Of a DNA stretch of 64,000 nt, positions 56,789 through 64,000 are shown in pieces. Within the stretch, counting starts at the first letter, position 1, and each line of letters opens with the position of its first letter. The stretch comes from a candidate division WOR-3 bacterium (GTDB lineage: Bacteria > Hydrothermota > Tepidihabitantia > B3-TA06), in the NCBI GenBank assembly GCA_965649265.1, contig CBFGKC010000001.1, forward strand, positions 268,785 through 332,784, written 5' to 3'. Position numbers and translations under genes: made by a program. The notes beneath the pieces are model-generated. The model was not told the DNA's origin. It worked only from the letters and a program-made list of their open reading frames with translations, and did no database searches.

Positions 56789-57892
56789 ATGAAAAAAGCC
56801 TTTGTGGCAGCGTTAGGATTCGCGGGGTTGGTCTTTGTTGGAGTGTTCGGCATGCTGGCCTGCCAGCAGGCTGATACTGTAGCCCCGCAGATTGCAGACT
56901 TTACTGTCGAAGAGACCGGAACAGGCCCATCATACGTTTGGGCTGACAGCATAAAAGGTACGGTACTCGTAAGCGTTTCGGCCACCGATAACGTAGGCGT
57001 GGATAAGGTAATATTCTTTGTGAACGATATGGACAGTATAGGCGTAGGTGAACCACTGACCAAGCCTGACAGTCTGACCAGCACGTACCAGTACAAATGG
57101 GACACCAAACTCCTTCAGGACAGCGTTCGGTATTCCATTTGCGCAAGGGTTTACGATGCGGCCGGAAACGTGACCAAATCCGAAGTTAAGAGCTATCTCG
57201 TTCGCGTTCCCAACTCTCCTCCGGATACAGCCGATGTTTTAGCCCCTGTAACGGAGGATTCAACTCAGTATGCCCGCATCACCTTTCAGTGGATTGGCAG
57301 CGATCCGGATGTACTACCTTCGCAGCTCGATAAGCTTACATACGATGTTTACTTGGACACCAACGGCAATTCATCCTCGAACCTTATTAAGGTAAATACG
57401 GCTCCGATACCGAACAGAGATACTACTACGTGGGCGACCGGACAGCTGCAGAATTTCTATCTCAGACCAGAGACATATTACTACTGGCGAGTTGTTACTA
57501 TTGATCCATACGGCAAGACAACCCCGACTCAGATTCTCAGGTTCAAGAGAAGTACAAATACTCAACCGGCAGGCGGTACCCCATCCCTGCCGGCCGATAC
57601 CAGTGAAATCTTCAGGCCGCAAGGAGATTCCCTGCAACTTCGCTGGTCTCTTGGTGATCCAGACAGCGATAGAGTTAAGGTTGACATTTACTTCGGTCCA
57701 GATCCCGGAACAGCCATCAAGGCTTCAGATCTTCCGATGATCGCATCCAATTACGATGGTGTTACCAAATGGGTCAAGCTTACTTCCGACACAGCCTATG
57801 CCTGGAGAGTCGTAGGAAGAGACATGTGGGGCCTTTCAAGGGATTCATCGGTTCTCGATCCCTGGAAATTCAAGGTAAAAAGCACTAAATAA
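56789..57892 (+). CDS. Lipoprotein with bacterial Ig-like and FN3-like domains
   Basis: Lipobox MLAC; SATDNVGVDKVIFFVN...WDT...YDAAGN; DPD..LTYDVY...TYYWRV. Confidence 0.78.
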   Translation: MKKAFVAALGFAGLVFVGVFGMLACQQADTVAPQIADFTVEETGTGPSYVWADSIKGTVLVSVSATDNVGVDKVIFFVNDMDSIGVGEPLTKPDSLTSTYQYKWDTKLLQDSVRYSICARVYDAAGNVTKSEVKSYLVRVPNSPPDTADVLAPVTEDSTQYARITFQWIGSDPDVLPSQLDKLTYDVYLDTNGNSSSNLIKVNTAPIPNRDTTTWATGQLQNFYLRPETYYYWRVVTIDPYGKTTPTQILRFKRSTNTQPAGGTPSLPADTSEIFRPQGDSLQLRWSLGDPDSDRVKVDIYFGPDPGTAIKASDLPMIASNYDGVTKWVKLTSDTAYAWRVVGRDMWGLSRDSSVLDPWKFKVKSTK

Positions 57893-57907
57893 AAGAAAAA
57901 GTTTTTC

Positions 57908-57945
57908 AATAAAAGAGCGGCCCCTTGGGCCGCTCTTTTATTTTT
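57908..57945. terminator. Bidirectional intrinsic terminator
   Basis: AATAAAAGAGCGGCCC-ctt-GGGCCGCTCTTTTATT between convergent genes. Confidence 0.85.
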
Positions 57946-57956
57946 GATAAATCGAC

Positions 57957-58430
57957 TCAGAAATAAAACCGGAATCCGATGCCGCCGCCGAACGCGAATG
58001 CGGGATTAGGGTACACGATAACGAGCGGATCTACTTCCGCATAGAAGCTTATGGGTTTGTAAATATACTCCAATCCTACAGGTATCCTGGCCGCAAAAAC
58101 CACTCCTCCCGGTTCGTTATCCACAGATGCGTAGGCGAGCATGTCCCCTCCTCCTCCCGCGTATGCGGCAAGAGAACCATTAGGGACTCCTTTTATCGGG
58201 AAATGGTAAAGATAACCTGCCTGGATTTCAAGCCAGCTCGAGGCGAAATCCCAACCCACTGTGGCATCCAAGGCGCTTCTTGGCGCAAGCCAGTACTTTG
58301 CACATATCCCGGTCGGCTTTCCTAGAACTAATCCCAAGCCGAATCTGCCGTGGGTAAAATCTTCAGGCCGGGCTTGAATTGCAGTAAGAGCTATTATCAA
58401 AGTCAATAATGGAATGGATATTCTTTTCAT
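57957..58430 (-). CDS. Small outer-membrane beta-barrel protein
   Basis: Signal peptide; FGLGLVLGKPTG...RIPVGLEY...GGIGFRFYF. Confidence 0.75.
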   Translation of the reverse strand: MKRISIPLLTLIIALTAIQARPEDFTHGRFGLGLVLGKPTGICAKYWLAPRSALDATVGWDFASSWLEIQAGYLYHFPIKGVPNGSLAAYAGGGGDMLAYASVDNEPGGVVFAARIPVGLEYIYKPISFYAEVDPLVIVYPNPAFAFGGGIGFRFYF

Positions 58431-58564
58431 CTGACCTCCGAAAGTTAGTACTACTAGAATAACCGAGGAACAAATATTGTCAACTGTTTAAAAGCCGCAT
58501 CGGTCAGTCTCCATGTGAAATGGAACCGGCTTGACATCCAGTTCTTAACGAGTATGCTAACATC

Positions 58565-59887
58565 ATGAGAAAGCAAGGCTTGGGGCTTGCCGGAAAGCTC
58601 ATTATCATTTTCAGCATCCTTTTCGGACTCCTTCTGGGAGGTGTGCTTCTCATCTCCATACTTTTCTTCGGCCAGGCAAAAGAACGTGATGCAAGTTACC
58701 GTGTCGTGGATGTCATCAATTCCATTCACCTTGCACGCAAGCGGATGGATGACAATGAACTCAAAACTTACCTCTCCGAGCTTTTCTCCACCAGGTTTCG
58801 TGCCGAGGGATACGACCTCGATATAGTAGAAATAACCATCCGTGAGGGCGACAAGATATTGCGCTCGAGGCGCGATGGAGCATCCTTATCCAAGATTCAG
58901 CGCTTCCATACGGAAATCCGCGACCCGCGCACGAAAGAGGTTCTTTACACAATAGACCTCTCTTACTCTCTTTTGAACCTGGAGCGGGGCATATGGGAGT
59001 TGGTGTGGCGAATTGCGGTGGTCGGGGGCGGAGCTTTTCTCCTGGGAATAATCCTGATCCTGTTCTTCGCGCGAAGCAGCACCGAGCACCTTCGTACACT
59101 GGCGGCGGCAATGCAGGAGGCGGGATCGGGGAACCTCGGGGCAAGGGTTGACATACGTTCATCGGACGAAGTCGGGATTCTCGGGGACAAATTCAACTGG
59201 ATGATGCACGGGCTCGAAGAGGGTGAGTTCGTGAAGAACATCTTCAAGCGATACGTCACGAGGCAGGTTGCGGAAAAGATTCTTGCCGACAAGGACGTCG
59301 TGCACCTGAAGGGCGACAGGCTCGAGATATCCATTCTTTTCGCCGATATCCGAGGTTTCACGCGCCTCTCGCAAACCATGACCCCGGAGGAGATCATCGC
59401 GCTACTGAATTACTACTTCACCCCGATCATCGACGTCATCATAGAAAACGAAGGCGTGCTGGACAAGTTCATCGGCGACGGATTCCTTGCCTTCTGGAAC
59501 GCACCGCTTCCCCAGCAGGATCACTCATTGCGGGCTTGCAAAGCGGCCATCGAGATACATAAGGCCGTAGCCCGGACGAATCTTGCACGCGAGAACGAGG
59601 GCAAGGTGCCTATAAAGATGGGCATGGGAATTCACTCGGGTACGGCCATAGCCGGGAACATAGGTTCGGCGCGCAGAATGGAATATACCATCATCGGAGA
59701 AAGCGTCAACTTCGCGGAAAGACTCGAGGAAGCCGCGGAGCGAGGCGAGATTATTGTCTCCCAGCGAGTAAAGGATCTTGTCGGCGAGAGGCTTTCCTTC
59801 AGGAGCCGCAAGATTAAAATAGCGGACTACGGGGAGCAGGAGATTGAAGTTTTTGAAATCCTTGAATCAAAGGAGGCCGGGCAATGA
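58565..59887 (+). CDS. Membrane class III adenylate/guanylate cyclase with HAMP domain
   Basis: Two TM helices; HAMP SDEVGILGDKFN; catalytic LFADIRGFT, DKFIGD and YTIIGESVNFAERLE. Confidence 0.92.
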   Translation: MRKQGLGLAGKLIIIFSILFGLLLGGVLLISILFFGQAKERDASYRVVDVINSIHLARKRMDDNELKTYLSELFSTRFRAEGYDLDIVEITIREGDKILRSRRDGASLSKIQRFHTEIRDPRTKEVLYTIDLSYSLLNLERGIWELVWRIAVVGGGAFLLGIILILFFARSSTEHLRTLAAAMQEAGSGNLGARVDIRSSDEVGILGDKFNWMMHGLEEGEFVKNIFKRYVTRQVAEKILADKDVVHLKGDRLEISILFADIRGFTRLSQTMTPEEIIALLNYYFTPIIDVIIENEGVLDKFIGDGFLAFWNAPLPQQDHSLRACKAAIEIHKAVARTNLARENEGKVPIKMGMGIHSGTAIAGNIGSARRMEYTIIGESVNFAERLEEAAERGEIIVSQRVKDLVGERLSFRSRKIKIADYGEQEIEVFEILESKEAGQ

Positions 59888-60405
59888 GGAAATATTTTCC
59901 TTTCCTTGCAATCGGAATTGTTGCCTTTCTATCGGGAACGACATGCGGTGAGAAGCGAAACGACGATGCGATCGTGGTAATAATCGAGGATGCGACAATC
60001 GACGATACGAACACCGAACATCCACGCGACACGATCACTCCCAGAAGGGATACAACGGTTACACCCAGAGATACCGACGTGCACGTTACCCCTCCCGTCG
60101 AAAGACGAAAGACGACGCTGACCGGTGCCGTGGCGCTTCTCAAGCTCGACCTTGAACGAAAGGATTCGGGACGTCTTCTTAAACATACCGCCTCCCTGAT
60201 CACTTCCGTTGAAAAGGAGCTTTCGAAATCACTTTCGAGCGAACGCAAGCGTGCGCTCAACCTCTTTTCTCTCAAGCTTTCGAGCTTGAAGAGGGAGGTG
60301 ACACTCCTTAACCCCGACAAGGACATACCCTCCACAAAGGTTCCCATGCTTGAATCCAAAATAGAGGAGCTTGAATCCATCGCCCGCAGGATTGAGAACA
60401 AATAG
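59884..60405 (+). CDS. Hypothetical lipoprotein
   Basis: ATGA overlap with the cyclase; signal peptide with Cys; (T)PRDT repeats followed by a helical domain. Confidence 0.65.
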   Translation: MRKYFPFLAIGIVAFLSGTTCGEKRNDDAIVVIIEDATIDDTNTEHPRDTITPRRDTTVTPRDTDVHVTPPVERRKTTLTGAVALLKLDLERKDSGRLLKHTASLITSVEKELSKSLSSERKRALNLFSLKLSSLKREVTLLNPDKDIPSTKVPMLESKIEELESIARRIENK

Positions 60406-60517
60406 TAGTTTCCACCCCCCCTGTATAACCTTGGTTGCCGCCGCCAGATTACGTTAACCGGAAAGGCGTGATACCGATACCCCCTGATATGTCTTTGAAA
60501 ATCTCCCGAATGCAAAC

Positions 60518-61564
60518 CTATTTCTGTTTGGCCGCCTGGGCTGTAAGGTTATCCACTATAGCCTTAACGTCCCAGGTCCTCAGCACATGGTCGTCGCCGC
60601 CCGTGTAGAGTTTTGTGCCGTCTCGTGAAAGGGCGATGCCTCGTATTGCTTCGTCATTCATTTTGAATCTTCCCATCTCCGAGACCCCGACGGTAAAGAT
60701 ACCCTTTTGAATCTCGGTGGTGTCGGAGGGACTCGTGATCTTGAGAAACACTATCTGCCCGGAGCCGTCAGCCGCTATCAACGTTTTCTTATCCGCAAGG
60801 AAGGCGAGCCCAAGCACGTTCTTGAGGTCGCTTTCGTACCAGCCGATCGAGTTTAAGGGTTCGGTGTTCCAGACCTTGACGAGGTTGTTGGTGCCGCCTG
60901 CCGCGAACATGGTGCCGTCCGGGGTAAATGCCATTGCGTTGATGTAGCCGTTGGATTCCTTGGTCTTGAACGAAACACTGTCAGTAACGTCTGCAATGAA
61001 AAGAAAGCTGTCCCTGCCTGCGGTATAGAGGATATCCGAAGACGGCCTGAATGCCAGCGCGGTTACGACTCCCTCATGTCCGTCGAACTCGCCGAAGCGC
61101 TCTCTCTTTGCAACGTCCCATATGTCCACCATCTTGTCCGCAAAACCCACAGCAAGGTACTTACCGTCAGATGAGAAATCGACGTTGGTCACCGGACCCT
61201 GGAACACGACGACCGAATCGATAAGCTGGCCGGTTATCGCGTCGTCGATAGTAAAGACCTCGTCTGCCGAGGCTGTGGCAAGGAGCTTGCCGTCCGGAGA
61301 AAAAGCCACGTCGTTGATTATGTGGCGGTGCTTTCGTATCTCCCTTACGGGCTTGTGGGCCGATGGGTCCCAAATGGCCACAAGGCTGTCTGAGAAACCC
61401 AGGGCCAGGTTACCCGTAGCCGGGTCAACTGCGATGGCGGTAATTCTTCCCGGAAAAGTGTCGGCCGACACCGGACTTCCCTTGAATGTGACGTGAAGCG
61501 GCTTGGCGGATTGACATCCGGCGAGTGTTGCCACGATGGCCGCGCACACTAGAAACCTTTTCAT
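60518..61564 (-). CDS. WD40-repeat lipoprotein
   Basis: Lipobox LAGC; repeated AFSPDG...ATAS.D and VKVWN/IWD motifs. Confidence 0.88.
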   Translation of the reverse strand: MKRFLVCAAIVATLAGCQSAKPLHVTFKGSPVSADTFPGRITAIAVDPATGNLALGFSDSLVAIWDPSAHKPVREIRKHRHIINDVAFSPDGKLLATASADEVFTIDDAITGQLIDSVVVFQGPVTNVDFSSDGKYLAVGFADKMVDIWDVAKRERFGEFDGHEGVVTALAFRPSSDILYTAGRDSFLFIADVTDSVSFKTKESNGYINAMAFTPDGTMFAAGGTNNLVKVWNTEPLNSIGWYESDLKNVLGLAFLADKKTLIAADGSGQIVFLKITSPSDTTEIQKGIFTVGVSEMGRFKMNDEAIRGIALSRDGTKLYTGGDDHVLRTWDVKAIVDNLTAQAAKQK

Positions 61565-61577
61565 CGAAAACCTCCGG

Positions 61578-62660
61578 TTAACGTTTTATCTTGACTAATA
61601 ATACCGCTGAAACTCCCAAAAACAAGAGGTTCGGAAGCCACGCCGCAAGCCAGCCTGGAAGGGTGCCGTTGTAACCGAAGGCCCTGGATGCCTGTATGGA
61701 ACCCCAGAAAAGAAAGCTCAGCAAAAGCCCTATACCTATCCCGAGGGTAATATTGCTCTTGCGCAAAAGGCTGGCCGCCGAAAGGGAGATCAGGGTCACG
61801 ATAATAATTATCAAAGGGGACGAAAACCTGAAGTGAAACTCAACCAGTTCCTCCGAAACGCTGCTGCCTGCGGCGGTCCGTCGTTTAATGTATTCCGCGA
61901 GCTCCGTAAAGAGCATCTCGTTCACCCTCTTTACCCTGCCGCCCAGCTCTCCAGGGGGCTCGGCTACCTCGGCAAGCGGTCTTTCCTTGAAAACCTCGTA
62001 GGAAACCTCATCCCCGTCGAACGTAGTGATTTCTACGTTTGTGCCTTTCCACCCGCCCTTTTGAGAATAGCGGGCGCGGTCAATCCTGAATGTCCTCTGA
62101 ATGGAGCGTTTGGGTCCGAACTCCCATATCTTCCAGTCCGACGCGGTGCTGTCTCTCATGTTGAGCTGCTTGATTGAGTACAGCCTTCCGCTCGCGGAAA
62201 GATAAGTGGTTTCGTACACGACAACCGGCCTGTTCAGTGAACGATGTTCTATCTTTTCTTCCTTGTATTCCAGGAAGCGTGTCATGACCCTGGTCGAAAC
62301 GAATTCATTAACGAAAAAGGAAGCGAGGGCAATTACCGAGGCCGCCGAAAGGAGCGGGGCGAATATCCTGAAAAGATCCACGCCCGATGCAAGCAAGGGC
62401 ACCAACTCGTTTGAGCGTATCAGTCTGCCGAAGGTCAGAAAGATGCCCATTGCACAGCCTACCGGAAGCAGGAGGCTTATCGTTTGAGGCAGGTCGTAAA
62501 CGTAGTAGGTTATGATCTGCAAGGCATTCGCCTTGTAGTTTATGAAATAGGTCATCCTCTCGATTAGATTAATGAGATCGTAAATAAGAACCACGCACGC
62601 GAGGCCGAGGAGCGAGAAGAGCAGGAATTCTGCCACCAGAAAACGGTCGAAACGTTTCAT
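61578..62660 (-). CDS. lptG: LptF/LptG family LPS export permease (LptG-like)
   Basis: MKRFDRFL..., LIRSNELVPLLASGV and LAAWLPNLLF. Confidence 0.75.
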   Translation of the reverse strand: MKRFDRFLVAEFLLFSLLGLACVVLIYDLINLIERMTYFINYKANALQIITYYVYDLPQTISLLLPVGCAMGIFLTFGRLIRSNELVPLLASGVDLFRIFAPLLSAASVIALASFFVNEFVSTRVMTRFLEYKEEKIEHRSLNRPVVVYETTYLSASGRLYSIKQLNMRDSTASDWKIWEFGPKRSIQRTFRIDRARYSQKGGWKGTNVEITTFDGDEVSYEVFKERPLAEVAEPPGELGGRVKRVNEMLFTELAEYIKRRTAAGSSVSEELVEFHFRFSSPLIIIIVTLISLSAASLLRKSNITLGIGIGLLLSFLFWGSIQASRAFGYNGTLPGWLAAWLPNLLFLGVSAVLLVKIKR

Positions 62661-63850
62661 AATCGAAACCTCTTTAAAAGAAGCGAATTTTCGAAGAACA
62701 CCTCCCCGAATATCTCGGCCGTAAAGGGTAACATTACCAGGTTCGGCAGCCACATGGCCAGCCACGCGTCTATTCTTCCGCCCTTCGCGAGTTTCTCCCC
62801 CCCTATGACTAGAATGTAATAAAAAGCGAAGAAAACGAGGCTCAGGACGATCGCGAGGCCGATTCCTCCCCTTCGGAGTTTGCCGCCGAGTGAGGCGCCG
62901 AAGAACAGGAAAAGTATCGTCGCGACTGCAAAAGCAAGGGATTTGTGAATTTCCACGTTGAGAACGTTTATCCTCGCCTTTGACGTTTTAATCCTTCTCT
63001 CAAGTTCCTTCTTTTGGAGTTCATTCCTGGCCGCTGCAAGCTCTTTCTCTGTAGCGGCGATTTGTTTCTTATTGTTTTCGATCTCCTTCATAAGCAGGGG
63101 GAGGGTCATCTCTCTCTCTGATCTGTAGCTCCGGTTGCTTCTTATAAGCTCGGTGTTGAGCTCGAGATTTATAACCTGTGTGTCGGATCTTATCCTCCTG
63201 TAGCTTTCGCCAGCCAGTTCATGGGTTTCGGCTTTATAGAGAGTCATTACGATGTAGCGTTCGTCCGGTGTAACCTCAAGGGTACCCTCCGGTGCCGTTA
63301 TGAGCGCGGTATTCTTCACCGAAACCATCACGTCGTAGATTTTTGAATGGCGTTCGTCCATAGAACCTATGTAAATGCTGTAACCGGGGAAACCTTCGTT
63401 GAACAATCCTTCCTCGAGTTTCACGGAGGGCTTTTTGCTTGAAACGTCGGCAAGCATGTTGCGTTCCCGGTGGTTGGACTCCGGCAAAACGTAGAGATTA
63501 AAAAAAGCCATCAGGCCGGCAAGGAGGAGTGTCAGGACGAGAACCGGGAAAAAAGTGTCCACAAGTCTCACGCCTGCCGAACGCAGCGCGACTATCTCGT
63601 TATCCTGTGACAGCCTGCCGAACGTCATCATGGAGCCCGACATTGTCGCAAGAGGTACCGACATGGCCATTACGAAAGGCAACGCGTAAAGCAGAATTTC
63701 GAATACGTACTGAGCTTCTATTCCCTTGGTTATGATCAAATTCAGGAGAAGGAAGAGCTGGTCCATGAGGAACACGCCGGTCAGAACCGACCATGACAGG
63801 AGAACGGGGACAATGAATTGCCCCAGGATGTAGCGAGAGAAGATTCGCAT
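62657..63850 (-). CDS. lptF: LptF/LptG family LPS export permease (LptF-like)
   Basis: MRIFSRYI..., GRLSQDNEIVALRSAGV and LAMWLPNL. Confidence 0.78.
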   Translation of the reverse strand: MRIFSRYILGQFIVPVLLSWSVLTGVFLMDQLFLLLNLIITKGIEAQYVFEILLYALPFVMAMSVPLATMSGSMMTFGRLSQDNEIVALRSAGVRLVDTFFPVLVLTLLLAGLMAFFNLYVLPESNHRERNMLADVSSKKPSVKLEEGLFNEGFPGYSIYIGSMDERHSKIYDVMVSVKNTALITAPEGTLEVTPDERYIVMTLYKAETHELAGESYRRIRSDTQVINLELNTELIRSNRSYRSEREMTLPLLMKEIENNKKQIAATEKELAAARNELQKKELERRIKTSKARINVLNVEIHKSLAFAVATILFLFFGASLGGKLRRGGIGLAIVLSLVFFAFYYILVIGGEKLAKGGRIDAWLAMWLPNLVMLPFTAEIFGEVFFENSLLLKRFRL

Positions 63851-63931
63851 GGATTAATGATAACGAGCACACAAGTGCGTGTCAACGCAGCAAGTTGACA
63901 TTGATACCAAATCCTCATAGAATTACTTCCT

Positions 63932-64000
63932 GTGCTGAAGGATAATTCATTCGAGAACAAGAAAGAATCTTGCGCCGTTACTCCGATTCTGCCGTCGAGC
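63932..64000 (+). CDS. Possible start of a gene truncated by the window edge
   Basis: GTG after TTGACA-N17-TAGAAT; frame open to the window end. Confidence 0.35.
   Translation, partial: MLKDNSFENKKESCAVTPILPSS

Overview
Bacterial chromosomal segment, mostly moderately GC-rich with several visibly AT-richer inserts. The gene content (C25 gingipain-like protease with a FlgD/T9SS-type C-terminus, PorV-like barrel, large TonB-dependent receptor, LptF/G) suggests a diderm FCB-associated lineage such as WOR-3/TA06; this is inference only. Housekeeping genes include metK, ahcY, xerD, lemA-htpX, lptFG, an acyl-CoA dehydrogenase, a cobalamin adenosyltransferase, a MacAB-TolC-like exporter and tRNA-Leu(GAG). 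A large Ser/Thr kinase-ATPase-TPR gene missing from the ORF track runs off the left edge. Most notable: (1) two cnrYXH-like anti-sigma/metal-sensor/ECF-sigma cassettes, one carrying a signal-peptide-bearing, two-domain 22-Cys metallothionein-like protein; (2) an L,D-transpeptidase-motif/peptidoglycan-binding protein between two paralogous lipoproteins (effector-immunity-like); (3) about 11 dispersed ~39-nt palindromic repeats, three of them inside predicted reading frames; (4) a TBDR + large CTD protein + PorV-like operon; (5) an AT-rich C25 peptidase gene bracketed by a perfect 42-bp promoter duplication; (6) many apparently leaderless genes and sigma70-type promoters with 16-bp spacers. No CRISPR array, rRNA or transposase was seen.
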